From: Candidatus Latescibacterota bacterium
Lineage (GTDB): Bacteria; Latescibacterota; UBA2968; GCA-2709665
Reading direction: 5' to 3'
Assembly (NCBI GenBank): GCA_965222075.1
Contig: OZ244937.1
Coordinates: forward strand, 4,384,001-4,448,000
Length of the DNA stretch: 64,000 bases
The position numbers and the translations under genes are program-made. The notes below the pieces were generated by a model that was not told the origin of the DNA, ran no database searches, and worked only from the letters and a program-made list of their open reading frames with translations. Shown in pieces: positions 39,951 through 49,114 of the stretch; the first letter of the stretch is position 1; every line of letters starts with the position of its first letter.

Positions 39951-41306
39951 ATGGCTCAAAACGTTTCTGAACGCCCAAACGTTCTCGTATTTTTCACGGA
40001 TCAGCAGAGGTGGGATACTACGGGGGTGCACGGCAATCCGATGGGGCTGACTCCCAACTTTGACGCTATGGCCCGGCGGGGGACGCACGCTGCCTATTCG
40101 TTTACCTGTCAGCCGGTCTGCGGGCCGGCCCGGTCCTGTTTGCAGACGGGGTTGTACGCCACGACGACGGGTTGCTTCAAGAACGGCGTTCCCCTCCCAC
40201 AGGATGCACGGACCCTGGCCCACCACTTCCGGGATGTCGGGTATACGACCGGCTATATCGGGAAGTGGCATCTGGCGGGTGAAGAGCCGGTGCCCGAAGC
40301 AAAACGGGGTGGATATGAGTACTGGCTGGCATCGAACGCCCTGGAGGGCACGTCCGATGCCTACGATACGGTGATGTACGACAGCGAGAACCGGGCGGTG
40401 AAGCTGCCCGGGTACCGGGTGGACGCGCTGACAGACGCGGCCATCCGCTATATCGACGTCCAACAGTCGGAACCGTTTTTCCTTTTTGTTTCGTACTTAG
40501 AGCCGCACCACCAGAACCGCTGGGACGATTATCCTCCGCCGGACGGGTACCGGGAACGCTATACCGGGGGGTGGATGCCGCCCGACCTTGCGGGGCTGGG
40601 CGGCTCGGCCCACCAGCACCTGGGGGGATACTACGGGATGGTGAAGCGGCTGGATGAGGCGCTGGGACGGATTTTGGACGCTTTGAAGAGCCTGGGGTTG
40701 ACGAAGAAGACCGTGGTACTGTTTACCTCAGACCACGGATGCCATTTCAAGACGCGGAATGCAGAATACAAGCGTTCCTGCCACGAGAGTTCGATCCGGG
40801 TGCCCACCGCGCTTCAGGGCCCGGGGTTCGACGGCGGAGGACAGATCCAGCAACTCGTGAGTCTGGTCGACCTGCCGGCAACGCTGCTGGACGCGGCGGG
40901 AATACCGGTGCCGGCGGAGATGGAGGGTCGGTCGATCCTGCCACTGACCAGGGGGCAGACCGATGGGTGGCCTGAAGAGGTTTTCGTCCAGATCAGCGAG
41001 GCGCAGGTGGGGCGGGCCGTGCGGACCCACCGCTGGAAGTACGGGGTGGACGCTCCGGACAAACACGGGGGGCGCGATCCGAACTCCGAGCGATATGTCG
41101 AGCAATATCTGTACGATCTGGAGGCCGACCCGTACGAGTTGGCCAACCTGATCGGCGCGGAGTCTCACCGGGAGGTGGCGGCGGTGATGCGAGAGCGTCT
41201 GATCCGGCGGATGACAGAGATCGGGGAGGCAGCGCCCACGATCGAGTCGGCACCCTCCCATCGAATGGGGCAGAGACGGGTACCGCCGGAAGTGATCGGG
41301 AGCTAA
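39951..41306 (+). CDS. Formylglycine-dependent (S1) sulfatase
   Basis: RPNVLVFFTDQQRWD, CGPARSCLQTG, GKWH, EPHH, SDHG, LYDLEADPYE. Confidence 0.93.
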   Translation: MAQNVSERPNVLVFFTDQQRWDTTGVHGNPMGLTPNFDAMARRGTHAAYSFTCQPVCGPARSCLQTGLYATTTGCFKNGVPLPQDARTLAHHFRDVGYTTGYIGKWHLAGEEPVPEAKRGGYEYWLASNALEGTSDAYDTVMYDSENRAVKLPGYRVDALTDAAIRYIDVQQSEPFFLFVSYLEPHHQNRWDDYPPPDGYRERYTGGWMPPDLAGLGGSAHQHLGGYYGMVKRLDEALGRILDALKSLGLTKKTVVLFTSDHGCHFKTRNAEYKRSCHESSIRVPTALQGPGFDGGGQIQQLVSLVDLPATLLDAAGIPVPAEMEGRSILPLTRGQTDGWPEEVFVQISEAQVGRAVRTHRWKYGVDAPDKHGGRDPNSERYVEQYLYDLEADPYELANLIGAESHREVAAVMRERLIRRMTEIGEAAPTIESAPSHRMGQRRVPPEVIGS

Positions 41307-41371
41307 CCAAGCGCTGGGCCCGCGCTCAGCATTTCAGAAAGAGGGATATTCAAACCTGAGGAGGGTGTGCA

Positions 41372-43402
41372 ATGGCTGATGTTGTGCTTGCAAAAATCGA
41401 TCTTTCAGGCTGCCCGGAGGGAAGGGTGTTCGACCGGCCGGAACTGGATTGGAGTGTCGAGGATCGTCACTTCCCCGACTGGGAGTGTCCTCTGGCCAGA
41501 ATACGGAGAAAGGAACGCGGCCCCGGCAGGCCCAGTTCGTTCCGGGTGCTTGAGGAGAACGGCAGGCCGGTCCTGGACCATGTCGACATGACCGATCGGC
41601 CGCTGGTTGTGGGCGATTTTTTGTGGAAAGACTACTCGGTGGAGGCCTATGTCCGCCAGATGGCCGCCACCAGCAAACCCAATTCGGACGATCCGTACTG
41701 TTTTGTGGGCCGGAGCGGGTTGATGTTCAGGTACCGGACATTGAGGCAGTACTATTTCTTTTGCATCGAAGGCTACGATCGGCTGGTGCTCTACCGGCGG
41801 GAGCACGCGCACTGGCACGTGTTGGGCGAGCAGACCGTGTCGGTGGACCGGTCGTGTTACCACCGCCTCAAGGCCGAGTGCCGGGGGGACCGGATCGTTT
41901 GTAGTTTCGACGGGCGGCAGTGCCTGGTGGCGAACGACAACGCCTACCAGACCGGCCGTGCGGGCGTCCGGACCTGCACGCGGGCGAGGTTTCACGACGT
42001 CAGGGTAGTGGCTACCGCAGCCCAGAACGCGGCGTTTATCGACACGCGGAGCTGCTATGAAAAGGAGGTGGCAGCCGAGCGGGAGAAGTATCCAGGGCTC
42101 GTCCTGTGGAATGAGATCGATCCCAGGGGTTTTGGCGGAGGGGTGCCCGTGTTCGGAGATATCAGGGGCAGCCTTGAGACGGAGCTACTGTTGTTCCAGG
42201 ATCCCCCAAATGGGGAGGGTGCGCCGCGGATCCGGGCGGTAAGCTTGGAGGGGGAGCAGGTGTGGGAAATGGAATATTCGAAGTTGAAGACGGTCGCTCC
42301 GAAGCGGACGGTGATACAGGACATCGACGGGGACGGCGTGAACGAGCTGGTATCTGCCGGCGGAAACCGGCTGTCGATCGTGGATGCGGTGACCGGGGAG
42401 TTGAAGGCGGAAGCGCCCCTGCCCGAACCCGGGCCGTTTCTGGTGCCCCGCGGCCAGCCCCTGACCGATGAGTACCTCCACGTGCAGCGGGCCATTATTC
42501 CCTGCAACCTGCGGGGGAATTCCAGTCCCCGGGATTTCATCCTCAGGGATGGCGTCCCGGGGGGAAGCGGATGGACGATCTGGGCCTATGACGAGCGGCT
42601 CAACCTGCTGTGGCAGCAGCACGCGGACGCGCCCTGGTACGGGCATTCCGTCTATTTCTACGATGTGGACGGCGACGGCCGGGACGAGGCGCTGTCGGGG
42701 TACCACCTCTACGACGATGACGGGAGCCTGATCTGGCGGATGGAGGGCGCGGAGTACATCGAGATGCACGACCATGTGGACAACATCGTTTTCGGGGAGA
42801 TGGACGGGAACGAGGAGAATGGGCCTGAGATCGGCATTGCCGGAAGCAGCGAAGGGTTTTTCTTAGTGGATGCGCGCGACGGCCGGGTGCGGCGGCAGCA
42901 CCGAATGGGCCACTCCCAGGATGTCTACGCGGGGAATTTCAGGCCCGACCTGCCCGGGCTGGAAATGTGGGTGGGCGACCGGTGGGACTCGTACGGCCTG
43001 CTGGTGCAGTTCAGCGGGGCTGGCGATCCGCTCCTCTCCCTTGAGCCTGACAATGTCAGCCAGTCCGGGCCTGCGGTAAACTGGAGCGGAGATGGGCAGG
43101 AACTGTTGCTGTTGAGCACGTCGGTGCGAGCGCTGGGGATGTACGATGGGTACGGGCGGAAAGTCGTGGAATTTCCGGGAGATAAGCCGGCGGTTCCTCC
43201 TGGAAAGCCGTTCTGGCGCTCCTGGATCAGCGCGCAGCAGATGGACTTGATGGGGGATGCGCGGGATGAGGTCGTGTTGACCCGTGATGGGGTGCTGTAC
43301 ATCTACACGCAGGACACGCCCTTTCCCAAAGGTGAGAAAATCTACGCGCCGGTCCGGAGTGGGCATCTCTCCTCCCCAAACTGGGAAATCAACGGAGGAT
43401 GA
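41372..43402 (+). CDS. Lectin-like N-domain plus FG-GAP/PL11-like beta-propeller protein (copy A)
   Basis: WKDYSVEA...GLMFRY N-domain, then DIDGDGVNE, GHSVYFYDVDGDGRDE, HVD, GHSQ, NFRPDLPGLE, DLMGDARDEV. No signal peptide. Confidence 0.75.
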   Translation: MADVVLAKIDLSGCPEGRVFDRPELDWSVEDRHFPDWECPLARIRRKERGPGRPSSFRVLEENGRPVLDHVDMTDRPLVVGDFLWKDYSVEAYVRQMAATSKPNSDDPYCFVGRSGLMFRYRTLRQYYFFCIEGYDRLVLYRREHAHWHVLGEQTVSVDRSCYHRLKAECRGDRIVCSFDGRQCLVANDNAYQTGRAGVRTCTRARFHDVRVVATAAQNAAFIDTRSCYEKEVAAEREKYPGLVLWNEIDPRGFGGGVPVFGDIRGSLETELLLFQDPPNGEGAPRIRAVSLEGEQVWEMEYSKLKTVAPKRTVIQDIDGDGVNELVSAGGNRLSIVDAVTGELKAEAPLPEPGPFLVPRGQPLTDEYLHVQRAIIPCNLRGNSSPRDFILRDGVPGGSGWTIWAYDERLNLLWQQHADAPWYGHSVYFYDVDGDGRDEALSGYHLYDDDGSLIWRMEGAEYIEMHDHVDNIVFGEMDGNEENGPEIGIAGSSEGFFLVDARDGRVRRQHRMGHSQDVYAGNFRPDLPGLEMWVGDRWDSYGLLVQFSGAGDPLLSLEPDNVSQSGPAVNWSGDGQELLLLSTSVRALGMYDGYGRKVVEFPGDKPAVPPGKPFWRSWISAQQMDLMGDARDEVVLTRDGVLYIYTQDTPFPKGEKIYAPVRSGHLSSPNWEINGG

Positions 43403-44055
43403 ATCCAGAGCGTTCACGAAGAAGGGAGAGCTCAGCAGCCGAGAGATCCGAATCACCGCCTGAATCCGCATCCATACGGGCTCTGGCGCTGGGACTGGTG
43501 ATGGTGGTGGCGTCGATCGCCTACACCAACTGGGCAACCGTGCTGCTGCGGGCGTCCAGGGTGAACCGGTCTCACTTCCCGATGGGGCTGCTGCTCCCCT
43601 TTGCCGTGCTGGCGTTTCTCAACCTGCTGGTGCGACGGCCGGGGATCGCCAGGGCGCTCAGCCGGGGCGAACTCCGCGTTATCCTCGGACTGGGCCTGAT
43701 CGGCGCCTTTTTTCTCGCTTACGGACTCGCCGGCTACCTGGTGGGTGTAATCGCCGCCCCATACTACTTCGCCACCCCGGAGAATCGGTGGGCCGATCTG
43801 CTCCACGGACACGTTCCAGGCTGGGCCGTGCTGCGAAACGAGGACCTGGCCGCCACCCGGTTCTACGAAGGTGTCCCGTATCAAGGCGCCATGTCCTGGG
43901 GGGCATGGGTGGGACCGCTCTTCTGGTGGCTGACGCTGATTGGGGCCGTCAGCTGGAGCCTCCTGTGCGTGATGGTGATCCTCCGCAAGCAGTGGGTGGA
44001 ACACGAACGGCTGGAATACCCGCTGATGAGGGCGGGAATGCACCTGGCGATATAG
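43399..44055 (+). pseudogene. DUF6785-like membrane protein, 3'-truncated (copy 3)
   Basis: YYFATPENRW, RKQWVEHERLEYP, then a stop after about one third of the paralog length. Confidence 0.78.
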
Positions 44056-44234
44056 GCGGGGCGGTCTGTTCGGTGGCGGCAGGACACGGGCGCAACTGGG
44101 GCTGAGGCGCGGTGACGGGGTGTTACGGCCCGCCGCTACGGTGAGGACTTTGCGCTTGTGCCCATGCCGGCCGGGAAAACGGATACATCGGTTGGCGTTA
44201 TATATGACAGGGTATGAAGAGTGGGGATGTTCAG

Positions 44235-46202
44235 ATGAGTTGGAGCGCACCGGAGGTCGCTGTTGAAGAGGTGTCGGCGCCGCAGAGCCGTCTGGGGGTG
44301 ACGAGGCGGTCGATTCTGCTGGGCCTACTGCTGGTCTGCGCCGAAGTTGCGGTGATTACCTTCTCGGAGCCGGTCGTCCGGTCGTCGCAGATGAACATCA
44401 GCCACTTCCCCGTGGGGTTTTTTATGTGGTTCGTGGCGGTGGTGTTGTTTTTGAATCCGCTGCTGAAGCGAGTGGGTGTACGGTATGGCCTGTCCTCTTC
44501 GGAGCTGTTTGCAATTGTCGCAGTGGGACTGATGGGGGCGCACGTGCCGAACAGCGGGCTGGTGGGGTTTTTTCTGGGGATGCTGGCCGCGCCCTATTAT
44601 TTTGCCTCGCCGGAGAACCGGTGGGCGGAGTTGCTGCACCCGAACATCCCACCGTGGCTGGTGCCCACCGACGAAAGGGGTGCCCTGCAAGCGTTTTTCG
44701 AGGGCGCGCCGGATGGGTATGCGATCCTGTGGCACGTATGGGCCGTGCCGCTGTTCTGGTGGCTGTGCCTGATCGGAGCGATGGCGTTTGCGCTGCTGTG
44801 CATTGCGGTGATGCTGCGCAAGCAGTGGGTGCAGAACGAGCGGCTGGTTTATCCCTTGATCTCTCCGGTGTCGGAGCTGAGCGCCGGGTCTGAATCGTCG
44901 CAGTTGCTGCCGCAGGTTGCGTATAACCGGCTGTTCTGGATCGGATTCGGACTCGGGTTCGGCATCCTGGCCTGGAATATTGGGGCATATTTCCTTCCGA
45001 GCTGGCCCCGGATCTATTACCATGGAAGGTGGTGGGACTTTCTGTACGGCTTTCCCCGGATGACGAGCCGGATCAACATGTATATCATTGGATTCGGATA
45101 TTTTGCCAATGTAGATGTGCTGTTCAGCCTTTTGTTCTTTTACCTTCTCTACTGGACGCAGACGGGCATCTTCAACCGGATGGGCTACAATTTGGGACCC
45201 GGGACGGGGACAGCGGCGGCCTGGGAGAGCACCGGCGGGCTGTTTGCGCTGGTGGGGTGGGGAATGTGGACGGCACGCGGACATCTCCGGGAGGTGGTGC
45301 GCAAGGCATTGGACCCTGTGTGTCCGGTAGACGACAGTGGAGAAATGCTTTCCTACCGGACAGCTTTGTTCGGGTTTTTGCTTGGTACAGTTTTTTCGGT
45401 ATCGTGGTTGTACGCTGCCGGCGTGGATCTGGGAGTGGCGCTGCTGGTGTTGGCAGTGACCTATGTAACCTATGTGGGGCTGGCAAAAGTGGTGTCGGAA
45501 AGCGGGCTGCTTTACCTGAGCTGGACGGTAGGGCCTCAGGCCCTGGTGACGGGGGCGTTGGGATCTGTAGCGATGGCGCCGGGCAGTATCCTTACCTCGA
45601 TGGCCTTTACGGTTGGCCTGTGCGCCCATTGGAAGGGGATATTCATGTCGGGGTTTGCGCAGGGGGCCAAGCTGGCCGGCCTGACCGGGGGCAACCGCAG
45701 GCGTGTGGCGATAGGGATGGGCCTGGCCCTGGCGGTGGGCATCCTGCTTTGTCTCTACCTGAGCCTGGGATGGGGCTACGAACACGGGGCGTATAACTTC
45801 GGCGGTACTCCGTTTCGGGCCGGCCGCCATTCGTTTCAGCAAGCAGCCGCCCAGATTCTAAATCCCGAGGGGGTCGCCTCCAGGCGGTTGGTGTTTTTTG
45901 GCATTGGTGTTGGGGTGATGTCCGTGCTCACGTTCCTCAGGTACCGGTTGTCCTGGTGGCCAGTCCACCCAATCGGCTTTGCGATTGCGGGAAACGGCCG
46001 GGCGACCAAGTCGGCGTTTTCGGTTTTTATCGCCTGGACGCTCAAGTTTCTAACGCTGCGTGTGGGCGGGGTGACGCTCTACCGGCGGTTCCGGCCGCTT
46101 TTTGTAGGACTGCTGTCAGGGTATTCGCTGGGAGTGGGTCTGGGTTTTGCGGTGGACGCGGTCTGGTTCCGCGGACAGGGACACTGGATCCATCTCTACT
46201 GA
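44235..46202 (+). CDS. DUF6785/DUF6784-like polytopic membrane protein (copy 4)
   Basis: YYFASPENRW, RKQWVQNERLVYP, DDSGEMLSYR, WWPVHPIG. Confidence 0.83.
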   Translation: MSWSAPEVAVEEVSAPQSRLGVTRRSILLGLLLVCAEVAVITFSEPVVRSSQMNISHFPVGFFMWFVAVVLFLNPLLKRVGVRYGLSSSELFAIVAVGLMGAHVPNSGLVGFFLGMLAAPYYFASPENRWAELLHPNIPPWLVPTDERGALQAFFEGAPDGYAILWHVWAVPLFWWLCLIGAMAFALLCIAVMLRKQWVQNERLVYPLISPVSELSAGSESSQLLPQVAYNRLFWIGFGLGFGILAWNIGAYFLPSWPRIYYHGRWWDFLYGFPRMTSRINMYIIGFGYFANVDVLFSLLFFYLLYWTQTGIFNRMGYNLGPGTGTAAAWESTGGLFALVGWGMWTARGHLREVVRKALDPVCPVDDSGEMLSYRTALFGFLLGTVFSVSWLYAAGVDLGVALLVLAVTYVTYVGLAKVVSESGLLYLSWTVGPQALVTGALGSVAMAPGSILTSMAFTVGLCAHWKGIFMSGFAQGAKLAGLTGGNRRRVAIGMGLALAVGILLCLYLSLGWGYEHGAYNFGGTPFRAGRHSFQQAAAQILNPEGVASRRLVFFGIGVGVMSVLTFLRYRLSWWPVHPIGFAIAGNGRATKSAFSVFIAWTLKFLTLRVGGVTLYRRFRPLFVGLLSGYSLGVGLGFAVDAVWFRGQGHWIHLY

Positions 46203-46203
46203 C

Positions 46204-46415
46204 CTTATCCATCCACGGGCCTATGTGTCACCTCAGAGTACTGTTGGCCCTGGCTCGATTGTCTGGCTGGTGCCACGGTCGGGGCATTTGTTACGATTGG
46301 CGACCACGTGGTGATCCTGCAAAACGTCGGTTTGTCCCACGATGACACCGTCGGCGATTACACCTGCATTGCCGTAGGAGTTGGTTTTTCGGGAAGTGTT
46401 CGTGTGGGGAGAAAC
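46204..46415 (+). pseudogene. Internal fragment of a NeuD/PglD-like hexapeptide-repeat acetyltransferase
   Basis: LIHPRAYVSPQSTVGPGSIV, a frameshift, then LAGATVGAFVTIGDHVVILQNVGLSHDDTVGDYTCIAVGVGFSGSVRVG. No start or stop of its own. Confidence 0.7.
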
Positions 46416-46439
46416 GGTTCAATCCACAGGGGGGAGTTG

Positions 46440-46727
46440 ATGAGACCGACGGCGATGGCAATCTTGCGCCATTTCATCCTTTGCGCAGCGGTGCTTCTGG
46501 CGGCCGTGTCGGCCGGGGTCGAGGTGCCTCCGGAACCACGCAACCGGGTCCGCAATCCGAGCTTCGAACTGGACGCGGACCGGGACGCCCGCTATGCATG
46601 GCTCATTTCGGAAGGGCTCAAGATCGACAACTGGCCTCCCCCGGGCGGACTCGTGACAGACCTCTTCTTCCTGGGGAATTTGAAAACAGCTTCTCAGCAT
46701 TTCAGAAAGAGAGACATTCAAACCTGA
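46440..46727 (+). pseudogene. Stub of a secreted CBM/lyase gene
   Basis: Signal peptide plus NRVRNPSFELDADRD, joined to ARYAWLI (compare DPRYGWVL in the 24.5 kb lyase), then the leader duplicated at 41325-41371. Confidence 0.55.
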
Positions 46728-46739
46728 GGAGGGTGCGCG

Positions 46740-48755
46740 ATGGCAGACGTTGTGGTCGCAAAAATCGACCTCTCGGATTGCCCGGAGAGGATCGTGTTTG
46801 ACAGGCCGGATCTGGACTGGAGTATCGAGGAGAGCTATTTCCCGGATTGGGAGTGCCCCTTAGCCGACGTGTACCGGAGGCGGCCAAGCGTGCTGCGGGT
46901 GCTGGAGGAGGACGGCAGACGGGTGCTGGACCATATCGATATGACCGACCGGCCGCTGGTTGTGGGCGATTCTCTGTGGGGGGACTACACGGTGGAGGCC
47001 TGTGTCCGCCAGATGGCCGCCACCAGCGAGCCGAACTCGGACGATCCGCACTGTTTTGTGGGCCGGAGCGGGTTGATGTTCAGGTACCGGACATTGAGGC
47101 AGTACTATTTCTTCTGCATCGAAGGCTACGACCGACTGGTGCTCTACCGGCGGGAACACGCGCACTGGCACGTACTGGACGAGCAGACCGTGCCGGTGGA
47201 CCGGTCGTGTTACCACCACCTCAAGGCCGAATGCCGGGGGGGCCGGATCGTTTGCAGTTTCGACGGGCGGCAGTGCCTGGTGGCGAACGACAATGCCTAT
47301 AAGACCGGGCGAGCGGGCATCCGAACCTGCACGCGGGCGAGGTTTTACGATGTGAAGGTGACGGCTACGGCTTCCCAGAACGCGGCGTTTATCGATACGC
47401 GGAGCAGGTATGAGAAGGAGGTGGCGACCGAGCGGGAGAAGGTTCCGAAGGCGGTGCTGTGGAGGGAGATCGATACGAAAGCGCTCGGCGGAGGGGTGCC
47501 CGTGTTCGGGGACATCCGGGGCAGCGGCGAGACGGAGCTGCTGTTGTTGCAGGATGCCTTAAATGGGGAGGGTGCGCCGCGGATCCGGGCGGTGAGCTTA
47601 GAGGGGAAACAGGTGTGGGAGATGGAGTACACGGAGCTGAAGACGGTCGCTCCGAAGCGGACGGTGATACAGGACATCGACGGGGACGGCGTGAACGAGC
47701 TGGTATCTGCCGGCGGAAACCGGCTGTCGATCGTGGATGGGATGACGGGGACGTTGAAGGCGGAGGCGCCCCTGCCCGAACCCGGGCCGTTTCTGGTGCC
47801 CCGCGGCCAGCCCCTGACCGATGAGTACCTCCACGTGCAGCGGGCCATTATCCCCTGCAACCTGCGGGGGAATTCCGGTCCCCGGGATTTCATCCTCAGG
47901 GATGGTGTGCCGGGGGGAATGGGGTGGACGATCTGGGCCTACGACGACCGGCTCAACCTGCTGTGGCAGCAGCGCGCGGACGCGCCCTGGTACGGGCATT
48001 CCGTCTACTTTTACGATGTGGACGGCGATGGCCGGGACGAGGCGCTGTCGGGATACCACCTCTACGACGACGACGGGAGTCTGATCTGGCGGATGGAGGG
48101 CGCCGAGTATATCAAGATGACCGATCACGTGGACAACGTCGTATTCGGAGAGATCGACGGGGACGAGGAGAACGGGCCTGAGATTGGCATTGCCGGAAGC
48201 AGCGCGGGGTTCTTTCTGGTGGACGCTCGGGACGGTCGGGTGCTGCGGCACCACCGGGTGGGGCATTCGCAGGATGTGTATGCAGGCAATTTCCGGCCCG
48301 ACCTGCCCGGGCTGGAGATCTGGATGGGCGACAGGTGGGATAGTTATGGGTTGCTGGTCCTGTTCGGCGGGACGGGCGACCCGCTTTTTTCGTTCGAGCC
48401 GGACAACATCAACCAGGCCGGATCTGCGGTGAACTGGGGCGGAGACGGGCGGGAGTTGATGCTTTTGAGCACGTCAGTGCGGGCGCTGGGGATGTACGAC
48501 GCGTACGGGCGGAAAGTCGTCGAATTCCCGGACGACAAGCCGGCAGTGCCTCCTGGAAAGCCGTTCTGGCGGTCCTGGATCAGCGCACAGCGGATGGACC
48601 TGACGGGCGACGCCAGGGATGAGGTCGTGTTGGCCCACGACGGAGTGCTGTACATCTACACGCAGGACACGCCCTATCCCAAGGGGGAGAAGATCTACGC
48701 GCCGGTCCGGAAGGGTCATCTCTCCTCCCCCCACTGGGAGGTCCACGAGGAATGA
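46740..48755 (+). CDS. Lectin-like N-domain plus FG-GAP/PL11-like beta-propeller protein (copy B)
   Basis: Near-duplicate of 41372-43402 with long identical DNA blocks and a shared upstream leader. Confidence 0.75.
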   Translation: MADVVVAKIDLSDCPERIVFDRPDLDWSIEESYFPDWECPLADVYRRRPSVLRVLEEDGRRVLDHIDMTDRPLVVGDSLWGDYTVEACVRQMAATSEPNSDDPHCFVGRSGLMFRYRTLRQYYFFCIEGYDRLVLYRREHAHWHVLDEQTVPVDRSCYHHLKAECRGGRIVCSFDGRQCLVANDNAYKTGRAGIRTCTRARFYDVKVTATASQNAAFIDTRSRYEKEVATEREKVPKAVLWREIDTKALGGGVPVFGDIRGSGETELLLLQDALNGEGAPRIRAVSLEGKQVWEMEYTELKTVAPKRTVIQDIDGDGVNELVSAGGNRLSIVDGMTGTLKAEAPLPEPGPFLVPRGQPLTDEYLHVQRAIIPCNLRGNSGPRDFILRDGVPGGMGWTIWAYDDRLNLLWQQRADAPWYGHSVYFYDVDGDGRDEALSGYHLYDDDGSLIWRMEGAEYIKMTDHVDNVVFGEIDGDEENGPEIGIAGSSAGFFLVDARDGRVLRHHRVGHSQDVYAGNFRPDLPGLEIWMGDRWDSYGLLVLFGGTGDPLFSFEPDNINQAGSAVNWGGDGRELMLLSTSVRALGMYDAYGRKVVEFPDDKPAVPPGKPFWRSWISAQRMDLTGDARDEVVLAHDGVLYIYTQDTPYPKGEKIYAPVRKGHLSSPHWEVHEE

Positions 48756-48794
48756 GAAGATGATCCTGGATGAGCTTGTCATCGGCCTGCCATT
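48701..48794 (+). repeat. Direct repeat (second copy at 57499-57587)
   Basis: 3' end of the propeller gene plus downstream sequence. The second copy has a 5-nt deletion and a few substitutions. Confidence 0.85.
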
Positions 48795-48837
48795 ATCCCT
48801 GAGAACCGGATGCCTCTGCGACTTCGAGCCTCAGTGA

Positions 48838-48947
48838 TTGGGAACCGAGACGTCCCACACAAGATACGGGGAGGAGGTTCTGATGGAAAAGCTGGCATTG
48901 ACGGGCGGTCCGAAGGCGGTGACGCTTGACAGGAGGAAGTTCACCGT
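48838..48947 (+). repeat. Copy of the DegT leader and first codons (34451-34560)
   Basis: Hand alignment: 103/110 nt identical, last 60 nt identical. Confidence 0.9.
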
Positions 48948-49003
48948 CTTGCAATGAGAAACCGGCGGTAGGACAACCGCCTGACAGGACGCACAAAAAT
49001 TGC

Positions 49004-49032
49004 TTGACATTGTTGCGAGATGGTTCTATTTT
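49004..49032 (+). promoter_or_regulatory. Sigma70-like promoter of the LacI gene
   Basis: TTGACA-N17-TATTTT in an AT-rich spacer. Confidence 0.6.
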
Positions 49033-49073
49033 TAAAAATAGTAGAATTTTTTATACCTCCGTTTTTTTATTCT

Positions 49074-49095
49074 TAACTTAAAACGCTTTAAGTTA
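49074..49095. promoter_or_regulatory. LacI-family operator candidate
   Basis: TAACTTAAAACGCTTTAAGTTA: 22-bp near-perfect palindrome with a central CG, between the promoter and the start codon. Confidence 0.7.
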
Positions 49096-49114
49096 GTTTT
49101 AAATTCTTGTCTAT

